Of a stretch of 64,000 bases of DNA, positions 42,847 to 55,310 are shown piece after piece. This DNA comes from the human T2T-CHM13v2.0 reference genome, Homo sapiens. A program made the translations under genes and the position numbers. The DNA lies in NCBI RefSeq assembly GCF_009914755.1, contig NC_060932.1; one strand, written 5' to 3'. Under the pieces are notes generated by a model. That model saw nothing but the letters and a program-made list of their open reading frames with translations, did no database searches and was not told the DNA's origin. The stretch's first letter is position 1. Each line of letters begins with the position of its first letter.

Positions 42847-42862
42847 TTAGAAAGCATTCTTT

Positions 42863-43607
42863 TGTTATGATTGACATGTAAAAAGTTGTACATACTTAAT
42901 GTAAACAACTCAATGCGTTGGGGGATAAGCCTAAAGCTGTGAAAGCATCACCACCATCAAGACAATAGACATATCTATCACCTCCTGAAGTTTCCTCCCA
43001 CCCTCTTTATTATTTTTATTATTATTGTTAATTTTTTATGGCAAGAACACTTACCATTAGATCTACTCTTCTGGCAAAGTTTAAGCATACATTGCAGTAT
43101 TGTGAGCTATAGACACTATAGAGTTAGCAGATCTCCAGAACTTAATTTTCATGCATAACTGAAACTCTGTACCCTTTTATTTGGAATAGAAATTGGCATA
43201 GTCTTTGTGGAAAACAGTATGGAGGTTCTTCAAAAAACAGAACTTCCATATGATCCAGCAATCCTACTTCTAGTTATTTATCCAAATGAATTAACATCAG
43301 GATTCTGAAGAGATATCTGCACTTGTGTTTTCATTGCAGCAATACTCACAATAGCCAAAATATGGAAACTACCTAAATATCAATTGAGATGTCAATGGAT
43401 AAAGAAAACATGATGTATGCATATTATACAATGGAATATTATTCAACCTTAAAGAAGGAAATTCTGCTATTTGTAACAACATGGATGAACCTAGAGGGCA
43501 TTATGCTATGTGAAATAAGTCACATACAGAAAGACAAATACTGAAGGATCTCACTTTTACGTGGAATCATTGACTCCTAGAATCGTAAAGTAGAATGGTG
43601 GCTGCCT
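42863..43607 (-). mobile_element. L1MA/MB 3' end with 5' inversion
   Basis: Antisense 3'UTR to ~43180, then sense GGAAAACAGTATGGAGGTTCTTCAAAAAA...GAAAGACAAATACT. Confidence 0.82.
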
Positions 43608-45593
43608 GTTCCTTTTCTTAAACTCACCAATGAGATCGATCATATCTGTTTAGGAGAAATACTGACTTTGACGAGAAAGAGGACAATCTTTTCATTCTAG
43701 CACTTCCATATGATGAGAAAAGAATGGTTCCCTAATAGTTATTTGTTACAACAAATAATTATGTTTTATTTGTTTTCCTTCCAACTTTTATTTTAGGTTT
43801 GCGGGTACATGTGCAGGTTTGGTACATGTGTAAATTGTGTGTCACTGGAGTTTTGTTATTTCATCACTCAGATAGTGAGCGTAGTACCCAAGAGGTAGTT
43901 TGTCATTCCTTACCCTCTTCCCACCCCCACCCTGAATAGGTAACTATTGTTCCCTTCTTTGTGTCCATGTGTATTCAATGTTTAGCTCACACTTATGAAG
44001 TATTTGATTTTCTGTTCCTGTGTTAATTTGCTTAGGATAATAGCTTTTAGCTACATTCATGTTTCTACAAAGGACATGCTAAGTATATTCAGTCATTCAT
44101 CTTACACAGTACATCTAAGTCCAATCATTTTTGCTCAATATGCTTATCGCCTGCAACCTAGTTTCTTAACTACCAAGCTTTGAGAAATCACCTACCCTCT
44201 CGGGAAGTTCTACCTCCTTGCTTAGGGCCCATGAATCTTGAGGGTGACTATACTGAAACTATACCTTACATCTGGTTCTTACTTCAGGTCCATGACTACC
44301 AAGATTGCCCACATGTTCACCTTAAATAAGACATCTTGATAAATTAGTAATTAATGATTTCATTCTTTTTAATGGCTGTGTGGTATTTCATAGTGTATAT
44401 GTGCAATGATTTCTTTAGCCATTTAACTACTGAGGGACATCCAGGTTGATTCCACGTCTTTGCTATTTTGAATAGTGTTGCAATGAATATACATGAGCAT
44501 GTGTCCTTATAATAGAAAAATTTTATATTCCTTTTGGTATATACTCTGTAATGGGATTGGTAGGTCGAATGGTATTTTTGTCTTTAGGTCTTTGAGGAAT
44601 GGCTACACTGGCTTCCACAATGGTTGAACTAATTTACAATCACACCAACAATGTATAAGCATTCCTTTTTCTCTACAACCTCTTCAGCATCCATTACTTT
44701 TTGACTTTTTAATAATGGCAGTTCTGACTGATATGAGGTTGTATTTCATTGTGGTTTTGATTTGCATTTCTCAAATGATCAGTGTTGTTGACCTTTTTTT
44801 TCAAGTGATTGTTGGCTGCATATTTGTTTTCTTTTGAAAAGTGTCTATTCATGTCCTTTGCCCACTTGTTTTTCTCCTATAAGTTCCTTATAGATGCTGG
44901 ATTAGACTTTTGCTGGATGTATAGTTTGCAAAAACTTTCTCCCATTCTGTAAATTCTTTATTCTGTTAATAGTTTCTTTTGCTGTGCAGAAGCTCTTTAG
45001 TTTAATTAGATCCCATTTGTCATTTTTTTTTGCAATTGCTTTTGGAGTCTTCATAAAGAAATCTTTGCCACAGCCTATATCCAGAATGGTACTGCTTAGG
45101 TTTTCTTCTACGTTCTTCATAGCTTTTGGTTTTACATTTAAGTCTAAGTCTTTAACTATCTTGGGTTAATTTTTGTATATGGTGAAAGGAAGTGGTCCAA
45201 TTTCAAACTTGGGCATATGGCTAGCCAGTTAACACAGCACCATTTATCTAATAGAGTCCTTTCTCCATTGCTTGTTTTTCTCAGCTTTATCAAAGATCAC
45301 ATGGTTTTTAGGTACGTGGCTTTATTTCTGGGTTATTTAATCTATTCCTTTGTTGGTGTGTTTGTTTTTGCCCAGTACCATGATATTTGAGTTACTATAA
45401 CCTTGTCATTTAATTCGAAGTCAGGTAATGTTATGCCTCCAGCTTTGTTCCTTTTACTTAGGACTGCTTTGGCTATTTAGGCTCCATTTTTGTTTTATAT
45501 GAATTTTAGAATAGTTTTTTTCTAATTCTGTGGAAAATGATGTTGGAAGTTTGATGAAATAGCATTGAATCTGTACATTGCTTTGGGTAGTAT

Positions 45594-46960
45594 TGACGGC
45601 AACAAAGACCCATCTGGAGCAGCCGCTGCCACGATGCCAGCTTCAGTGGGATAGGTGCAGCTGGGGCTGTGCACTCCCTGTAGCCAGCAGGAGCTGGCAA
45701 CAGGTGGAAGCCCCGCCCCCTTCCAAGTTGGAGGAGTGGGAACCCCGCTGCAGCTGCCCAACCAAGGCGGTGGACCCAGACATCTCTGCACTCTCAAGAG
45801 CCTGGGAAGCCCCCCGACAATGCAGGCATGGAAGTGCCTGCTCCTACTGCCTGGTCTCTTCCTGCACCTGCTCTGATTTCAGAGCAAAGTTGTGGGAGAG
45901 CCAGGGTGCTGTCATGAACCAGCTGGGTGTGCACACACTCAGGGCAGCACTGCCATGCCAGCACTTTGCTGCCTCGATCCCCTTTGGACTTTGGATGCTG
46001 ACAACATGGGAGAAAGGCCAAGTGGGGGCTGAGGGCATCTTGGCACAGGCCTGCAGGCACCCCTCAGCACAAAAAGCCTGGGAACTGTGGGCATCATGGA
46101 TGGAAGGTTAATGGTGGCAGGATGCAGACTGGCTCCTGGGTGGAAAGGGGCTGGTCCATGGTGAAACCCAATCATTAGGTCAGAGACAGCCTGAGAACTG
46201 GGGGCCAGCCTGCCAGTTCCACGGACCAGAGAGAAAACTTATAATGCTTTTTCTGGGCCTACCCATGGCTACCAATGGACCAATCAGCACACACTTCCTC
46301 CCCTCTGAACACTATAAAAACCCTGGACTCAGCCAGACTTGACAGATGATGGGATGGCCTGCCTGTGGAGAGGAGCTACCCACTGTGGGGTTCCTCCCTG
46401 CTGAGATCTGGGCTTTCATTGGGACAAACTTCCTGTGGAGAGGATAAACCCACTGGGGGTCTCCTCTGAGTGGTTCTGTTGCTCAATAAAGCACCTCTTC
46501 ACCTTGCTCACCCTCCACTTGTCCCTGTACCTCAGTCTTCCTGGATGTGGGACAAGAACTCGAGACCTGCTGAATGGTGGGGCTGAATGAGCTGTAACAC
46601 ATACAAGGCTAAAACACACCTGTTGTTTGCGACGTCGCCTGTGATGAGAGGTAGAGGAGAGAAAAGGAGAAAACTGCGGCTCTTCGGGGACCTCAGATCT
46701 GGGAGCTCCCCGAGCCAGGGCTCTGACACCTGTGCACAGTGGCTGGACCCCACGCTCACTCGCTCACACACCTTTCACTGCTCCACACCTGGCTTGCCCT
46801 TGGGAGGTGTGGGATCCAGACGGGTAGCGCAAGCTGAGCACAGCATGACAGGCCGAGTGGGCAGACGAGCCCAGAGGTTCTGAGCAGAACTCGGGCAAAG
46901 GCATCACCATCCACAGAAGTTTCCAGCTAGTAAAGCAACACTCCAAAGGATCCTGTGACA
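45594..46960 (+). mobile_element. MER52-type ERV1 solo LTR, ~1.37 kb, GC-rich
   Basis: TG...CA ends, 4-bp TSD GTAT/GTAG, CCAAT, TATAAAAA ~46313, AATAAA ~46485; L1 resumes in register on both sides. Confidence 0.9.
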
Positions 46961-48665
46961 GTAGAGCCATTTTAACCTTATTGATTCTTCCTATCCATGA
47001 ACATGGAATATTTTGCGATTTGTTTATGTCATCTTTGATTTCTTTCAACAGTGTTTTGTAATTCTTGCTGTAGAAGTCTTTATCCTCCCTGTTTAACTGT
47101 ATTCCTAGGTATTTTAATCTTTTTGTGGCTATATGAATGGGATTACATTTTTGACTTTGCTCTCTGCCTGGATGTTATTGGTATATTGAAATTCGATGGA
47201 TTTTTGTACATTAATTTTTATCCTGAAACTTTGAGTTGTTTATCAGATCTAGGAACTTAAAGTAGAGACCGTGGGGTTTTCTACTTATCAAATCGTATCG
47301 TCTGTGAAGAGAAATAGTATGACTTCCCCAATTCCTATTTAGATGTATTTTATTTCTTTCTCTTGCCTGATTGCTCTGGCTGGGACTTCCAGAGCTATGT
47401 TGAATAGGAGAGGTGAAAGTGGACATGCTTGTCTTCTTCTGCTTCTCAAGGAGAATACTTCCAGTTATTGGGTATTCAGAATTATATTGATTATGGGTAT
47501 GTCATATATGGCTCTTATTATTTTGAGATATGTTCCTTCAGTGCCTAGTTTGTTGAGGGTTTTTAACATAAAGGTATATTGAATTTTATTGAAAGCCTTT
47601 CTCCATGTATTGAGATGATCATGTGGTTTTTGTTTTTAGTTCTATTTATGTGATGAATCACATTTATTAATTTGCATATGTTGATCCAACTTTGCATCCC
47701 AGGAATAAACCATACTTGATCATAGTGAATTAACTTTTTGATGTGCTGCTGGATTCAATTTGCTAGTATTTTGTTGATGATTTTTGTCTCTGTATCCATC
47801 AGGGATATTGGCCTGAATTTTTATTTTTTCATTGTGTCTCTGCCAGGTTTTGGTTTTAGAATGATGCTGGCCTCATAGTATGAGTTAGGGAGGAGTCCCT
47901 CCTTGATTTCTTGGAATAGTTTCAGTAGGATTGGTGCCAGCTCTTCTTTATATGTGTGATAGAATTTGGCTATGACTCCATCTGGTCCAGGGCTTTCTCA
48001 AAGATTGGTACGTTTTTTTTTTTAATTACTGATTCAATTTCTGAACTCATTATCTGTCTCCTCAGCGTTTCAATTTGTTGCTGTTTCAGTCTTGGGAGGT
48101 CGTATGCTTCCAGGAATTTATCCATTTCTCCCAGGTTTTCTAATTTATGTGCATAGAGGTGTCTGTAATAGTCTCTGAGGATTTTATATATTTCTGTGGG
48201 GTCAGTAATAATGCTCATTTTGTCATTTCTGATTCTCTTTGACTTATTTGATTTTTTATATAGTTTTTCAGTCTAAAACAAGTTTATAGAGAATTATAAA
48301 GACTTGGACAACCACATAATATTAGTAGGAGATTTTGACACCACACCAACAGTATTAGACAGATTATTGAGACAGAAAACTAACAAAGATATTTGGACCT
48401 AAACTCAGCACTTGATAAAATAGACCTAACAGACATCTACAAAACACTCTACTCAGCAACAACAGAATATACATTCATCTTACTTGCACGTGACATACTC
48501 TAAAACTAACCACATATTTGGCCATAAAGCAATTCTCAACAAATTAAAGAAAAGGAAGTCATATGAACCATACTCTTGGACCACAGTGCAGTAAAAATAG
48601 AAATCAATACCAATCAGATCTCTTAAAACCACAGAATTTTATGAAAATTAAGCAATGTGTTTCTG

Positions 48666-48969
48666 GGCCAGGCACAGTCGTTCATGACTGTAATCCCAGC
48701 ACTTTGGGAGGTTAAGACTGGTAGATTGCTTGAGCCTAGGAGTTCCAGAGCAGTCTGGGGGACAGAGCAACCAGCCATCTCTACAAAAAATACAAAAATC
48801 AGCTAGGTGTGGTGGCATACACCTGTAGTCCCATTTACTCGGGAGGCTGAAGTTGGAGGATCATCAGAGCCCACGAGGTCAAGACTGCAGTAAGCCATGA
48901 TTGTGACACTGCACTCCAGCCTGAGTGACACAGTGAGACACTGTCTAAAAAAATTCAAAATAAAATAAA
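48666..48969 (+). mobile_element. AluJ inserted in L1
   Basis: GGCCAGGCACAGT...TGTAATCCCAGCACTTTGGGAGG...TTGAGCCTAGGAGTTC...CACTCCAGCCTG, A tail. Confidence 0.95.
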
Positions 48970-51922
48970 CCAGTCTGCTTTGGAATATTTTTTCTAAATA
49001 ATGAAATTAAGGCAGAAATTGAGAAATTCTTTGAAACAAATGAAAACAAAGATCAAGCTACCAGAATCTCTGGGACACAACTAAAGCAGAATTAAGGGGA
49101 AAGTTTATAACTCTGAACACCCAAATTAAAGTTATGATTATATTTTATTTAAGTGAACTGCACATGGTTTATTATAAAATGTTTGGTTTGGATTTTTCTC
49201 AACAAATGTACTTGTCATCTTCACAAATTACTTAAATTAATGAATCCAATAAGTTATTTTTAAGAAGGGCAAAGTCCTTGATCTCCAGTGAATAATTCAG
49301 GCAATCAGGCTGACAGATAAGCTGCACCCCTTGCAGAAAGCTACCTGGGCAAATCCTGCTTATGGCTTCATGCATCACACATCATAGGTACAAAATGGCT
49401 GCTAGAGAAGAACACATTTATTAATAACTGTTGATTAAATTTGTATCTTCAGTACAAACAAGTGAGATGACATAAAAATCTTCTCCATGAGATAAACATC
49501 TTCATTACTAATAGAAAACCCTCTCTGTTTTGTAGAAATCTCTGGAAACTAAAAAATTTCAATGTGCTAACAGATAAGTACATTCTGCTTCAGATATCTT
49601 CAATTTTTTATTGCCTTGTTATTAGAGTAAATATGAACAGTGTCTGCTGTAATGTTGATGGCCACTTACATGCAGTGTGGAAGTAGTCCCTTGTCTCTTT
49701 GACTAATTAGACATGAGTTGTTTGCTCTTTTTATTATTTTTGAAACTGCTCACATTAGTGTAGTGGATTTTGCATAATTCCTCTAGTTCTACGCATTTGA
49801 AAATTCTCTCTGTACCAGCCAGAGTATTGCTCAATTTGTTACGGTTCCATTACCATCTCAGGTAAAATTATCTTATAGAATGATCTATTTGTTTGAAAAA
49901 TGAATCTTTCCATGAAAAATATTTTTCATATTTCAATTATTAATATTTATATTAAAACACTGTTAAATTTTAACAAACAAAAACATTACTAAAAATGAAC
50001 ACATTATTGATTTTTAAAATTTACTTCATTATTTTAAAAGCAAATCTTATCAAGAACAGCTAGATTTTTTAAGCCAACTTCTCCAATGAGTATTTCAAAG
50101 GTTTAAACTATTTATTATTCCTTTTTGGCACAATAAAATTGTATAAACATAAGATTCAATGGTGCAAGTGACATACAGGGAGGCTTCATTTTGTACAGTG
50201 CCAGGTTAATGGAAACCCTTGACTATTGGAATCATTTCATTTTGTACAGTTCGTTGGTAACTGAGCCAGGTAAAGCAAGTATGTCCAAGTTTCAGTAAAC
50301 GTTATGCTTTGTAAAAAAAACCTTCCTGTAATTCTAACAGTGTAATTTTTCTCAGTAAGTCAGTAAGTTGGGCACAATAAAATATTTTTATTATCATTGT
50401 AGAGTACTTTTTCATTGGTGAATTATAAGATTGACTAAGCTATTAGATATGTACATCTAATATTTATAAGAAATAATGTTCACACTTTTTACAAACTTTG
50501 TTTTCTGATAATTAAAATTATCATAAATGTAGACATAATGTTATTACTTCATGTTATGAATTTGCAATCTACTTGACATTGAGGTTCCTTAGTTCTGTCC
50601 ATATAGCATGTGTGTTTCTTCTCTACATTTGTTACATTTGCCTTGAAAACAACTTTAAAACATTTATCATTTCTGGCACATTCATATTTCTGAAAATGCA
50701 CATCCAAATTTCAAAAAAATGAAAGAAAAAACAAAGAAAATGGTTTAATTTTAAAATTCAAGCCAACACTTGGAAACAGTTTTAAATAATAAAATATTTT
50801 TATAATTTTAAATGTGTAACAATTAATGTTTACACATTATGTTACATGTACACAATATGTAGTTAAAACTGTATTGTTTATATCATTTTTACATTCAATA
50901 AGTCACACACATTTCCCTTTTTTTTGCAATGGTATTCATATTTTAGATTTTGATAATTTTGTAATATTCCATCGGGACACAATTTGTTAATAATTTCCAC
51001 TTCTGCCATTGCCATGGGAAAAACAAACTTCAGCTAGCCTGCTGTTCAAGGAATCTTGAGAAGAGCTGAGCCTACACAATGGCAAGAAGCCAAGCCTAGC
51101 CAGACCTTATCTTAAGGCACATTCACCCAGCGAGGCTGTGTCTGGATGAACCACACTGCAGTCCCTCTTTGTTGTTTTGTTTTAATACTGAACAATAATC
51201 TTGTCAAAAGAGTATTTAATTTTTTTTGTTTTTGTAAACATTACCACCAATATTTATTTCTTAGCTACAACATTCATATTAGGCATAATTTCCCTTCAAT
51301 TTCTCATGAGATAGTGTTCTGTAATTGCTCTGTAATTCTTCTGTATGCTTAACCAAGAAAAAAATGCAGTGATATTAGCAGAACAACACAATTTTAAAAC
51401 TCAGTAAACTAGAGAAGCAATATAGATAGACTTCATATAACTTATACAGACTGACAGAGATGGAAAACTCTTACTACCAAGTAGTCTCAATGATATAGGT
51501 CGATCCTGATCAAAGGTTTCATTATTTATATAACTAACTATTCAACAACTCATAGGCTGTGGAGTGTATAGTGGACGTTCAATGAGTGAATTAAATTACA
51601 TTGACTCCTTTGTAACAAAACTTTTTGAATTATTTTGTTTCCTGAAAAAGATAAAAACAATATAAATGTTAAACAATGCAATACATAGTACTATTTTCGG
51701 ATTTCAGATGAGTCTAATGAAATGACACTTTGTTCTTGCATTTATATTTTTGTTATCTGTGGACACTTGTTTCTTGGTACCTCTTTAATAGACAAATGTT
51801 GCACAATAGTCAAATTCTCTAGCCTTTACAATTTATTGTTCATATTAATTTTGACATTTTTCTCTACAAAAGAAAGAACTGTGACTGATTTTACTCTTTT
51901 GCTTAAAAATTATTTTGCCTCA

Positions 51923-52295
51923 TGTATTAGTCCACTCTCACACTGCTAATAAAGACATACCTGAGACTACGTAATTTATAAGGGAAAGAAGTTTAATTGA
52001 ATCACAGTTCAGCATGGCTGGGGAGGCCTCAGGAAACTTACAATTATGGTGGAAGGGGAAGCAAACACATCCTTCTTCACATGGTGGCAGGAGAGAGAAT
52101 GAGAACTGAGTGACAGCGGAAGCCCCTGATAAAACCATTAGATCTCGTTGAGAACTCACTGTCATGAGGACAGCATGAAGGTAACCACTTCCATGATTCA
52201 GTTACTTCCCATCAGGTCCCTCCCATGACACATGGGGATTATGAAAACTAAAATTCAAGATGGGATTTGGGTGGGGACACAGTCAAACCATACCA
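51923..52295 (-). mobile_element. THE1C/D solo LTR
   Basis: TGTATTAGTCC...GGGGAGGCCTCAGGAAACTTACAAT...GGGTGGGGACACAGTCAAACCATACCA. Confidence 0.93.
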
Positions 52296-52392
52296 CTTTT
52301 GTAGGCAATGGCCTATTATGTAAGTTTGACATTTTTAGCATAGCATCTTGGAATTTTTCCTTTTTTAAAACTTCAATCCAATTCTAACCTAT

Positions 52393-53258
52393 TTATTTTT
52401 TATTTTGCTTTTTTACTACTTTTATTTTAGATTCAGGGGATACATGTTTAGATTTATTATCTGGGTGTATTTTGTAATGCTAAGCTTTGTAGGATGAATA
52501 ATCTTTTCTTCCAGATATGGAGAATAGTACCCAACAGTTAGTTTTTCAACCTTGTCCCCCTTTCTGCCTCTTCTCTCAAGTAGTCCCCAGTTATGTTATT
52601 GCCATCTTTATGTCCATGAGTACCCAATATTTAGCTCTCAGTTATACATGAGAACATGCGATATTTGGTTTCTGTTCTTCAATTAATTTGCGTAGGATAA
52701 TTATCTCCAGTTTCATCCATGTTGCTGCATAGAACATAATTTCATTCTTATTTATGGCTACACAGTATTCTATAGTGTATATGTACCACATTTTCTTTAT
52801 CCAGTCCATCACTGATGAATACCTAGGTTGATTACACGTTTTTGCTGTTGTGAATAGTGCTGCAATGAACATGTGAGTGCATGTGTCTTTTTATTAGAAC
52901 AGTTTGTTCTTTTTGATTTTTGCAAAACCTCCAAACTGCTTTCCACAATGGCTGAACTAATTTACATTCCCATCAACAGTGTATCAGCATTCTCTTTTCT
53001 CTGCAGCCTGACCAGCATTTGTTGATTTTTGACTTTTTAATAATAACCATTATAATGGTATGAGATAGTATTACATTGTGGTTTTGATTTGCAGGTCTCT
53101 GATGATTATTAATGTGGAGCATCTTTTCAGATGTTTGTTAGCTGCTTGTAGGCCTTTTTTTGAGAAATGTCTGTTCATGTGTTTTGCCCATTTTAAATTT
53201 TTTTCTAATATCCAGAAACTATAAGAAACTTAAACAACTGAACAAGCAAAAAACAACC
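52393..53258 (-). mobile_element. L1PB-type 3' portion with short 5' inversion
   Basis: ORF 52642..52872 is ORF2 end; sense piece CTAATATCCAGAAAC at 53205-53260; degenerate TSD CCAATTCTAACCTAT/CCAATCTTAATCTAT. Confidence 0.88.
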
Positions 53259-54375
53259 CCAATCTTAATCTATACTTTTTTTTTTGCCATCTTTCCTAAA
53301 CTCCCACCACAAGGAATGCCTTCATTTTGAGTTATATTTTCTCTCTCTGAAATGACTTTTTTCTATTTTATCTGCCAGGGACATGTCTATACATTATTTG
53401 AAACTCAATGCAAATATCATGTTCTCCATGAAATTGACATGCACATACTCTACGTGGAGAAAGTTCCTCTTTTATCTGTGTACCCATAGAAACGTGTGCA
53501 TATTTTTATTATATTGCTCATCAAAGGATGTGTTCATTTCTTCGCAATTCCCAGTAGAACTTATATATTACTCAAGGATAATAGTTACTTCTTCTTTGTA
53601 CATCTCCAGAGAATTATCAGAGCTCAATGTAAAATAATTATTCTGTAAGCATTTTTAAAATTTTAAATAAGTATATTGCTTTGAGATCAGTAATAACTGA
53701 AGGACACTACTAACTTGCTAATTATTTGTTTTCATGACACAATTTTCATTATAAGGATGCTGCTTGAAGAAAAAACGATTTGTTGTTATATTTCCCAGAC
53801 TCATTTACATACTCATTCAAAATACATAAATCTTATTCCCCATGGGAATTTTGTTAAGTAATTATTTAAAATAATGTAAATAAATATTTCCATTATGTTA
53901 GTAATAATAACTTATTATGGAAAATTTAATGAATACTGAACGGTAGAAATAATAGCCCCCAAAATCACTCCTGTTGAAAATTTTCTTCATTTTGTCTTTA
54001 GTTTTAGTTCAAACAGCATGTGGAGCTCATGTATATACTTGCTATTAAATTCTACATTTAAAATTTTAAACATAGTCAAATTTCCTTATTACATTTAAAA
54101 TATCTTAATGTTTTATTATTACAAACATAATACAATTTATTGCTACAATTGAAAACAAATAGAAAATAAACATTTAAACTTACTCATAATTGCTTTACAC
54201 AAGGTAGAGGGAAACCCAATCATTTAACATTTATGATGTGTCTACCTTTATTTGCCACTGTCTATTTAACTATATTTTGTCAAATATTGTATCATTCAGT
54301 ATACATTCTACTGGAATGTTTTTAAAACAAATATCAAGGTCTTTACCATATTATCATATATTACATGTAATTCCA

Positions 54376-54545
54376 TAGCCCTGCTACTAAAAGCGTGGTC
54401 CATGGAATGAACAATGTGGATATCAGTTACTTTTAAAAATCTATTATCACAGATGCCACTCAAATTCTACTGAGTCAGACTCTGAATTTTAATATTATCT
54501 TTGAGTAGCTGCATTCAAATTAAGAATTGAGAAACTTTTCTATAC
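54376..54545. mobile_element. MER5-type MITE
   Basis: CTGCTACTAAAAGCGTGGTCCATGG...CTACTGAGTCAGACTCTGAATTTTAA...TTGAGAAAC. Confidence 0.65.
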
Positions 54546-54829
54546 AGCATCGTTTTTAATTGCCACATAGTATTCCATTTTGGATATATTATAATTCATT
54601 TAACCAGTCTCCTGGTTGCTTTTTTTTTTCTGTTATAACAATACTGCTGGAAGTAAATCATATTTTCACTGGTTATATGATTCCATGGGATGACTATCAC
54701 ATTATTTTCCGGCACCTCTAAACCATCATTTATAGAGAATCATTTCTCTTCTAAAAATTTTCACATGTAATTCTAAGCCAAAGGTTGTGTTTGTGTACGT
54801 TTATATGTATAAGTTTTAGAGAAACTGAA

Positions 54830-55310
54830 ATAAACTTGTGTAACTGGAGCCAAGGTGGGGCAAAATGAGACTGTAGTGGAGGTGAAATAATAGCATGGAA
54901 ATGCAGCTATGTTCAGATTCAAGTCATGTTGCTCATAACATTAGGGAGTTGTTGAAAGACTTTAAACAGAGGAGTGTCATAATCCTATTTGCATTTTAAA
55001 AAGATCAATCTCACTGTAGTGTAGTGAAGTAGATAAAAAAAAGATGCTGATAGCTTGGGTAGGGTGTTGATAATGGAAATGGAAGTGAAGGATAGATACT
55101 TAGGAATTAAAATTATTAAAATTTAGTAATGAATTGAATTTTAGGGTGAGATGGAGGTGTCAGGGATGGATCCTGGACTTCTGTCTTGAGGGACTTGGTA
55201 GATTGAAGTATGATCCAGTGAACACTAGTGAATTAATGTTTAATATAGAAAACAGAATTTATGAATTTACTTTATGTCCTGTCAATGTTGAAGTGCCTTT
55301 GAGACAGCCA
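54830..55310 (-). mobile_element. L2 fragment
   Basis: TTTAAACAGAGGAGTGTCATAATCCTATTTGCATTTTAAAAAGATCA and GAAGTGCCTTTGAGACAGCCAA. Confidence 0.7.

Larger units (their letters stand above)
43772..49134 (-). mobile_element. L1PB/L1PA16-type element with 5' inversion, hosting an orphan insert, a MER52 LTR and an Alu
   Basis: Antisense 3'UTR and ORF2 to ~48240; sense endonuclease-region segment ~48270-49130; degenerate TSD TAATTATGTTTTATTT (43756) / TGATTATATTTTATTT (49135). Confidence 0.9.

Noticed and set aside
45506-46883. Cluster of overlapping ORFs up to 177 aa
   Set aside because: GC-rich MER52 LTR with few stop codons; no recognisable protein.
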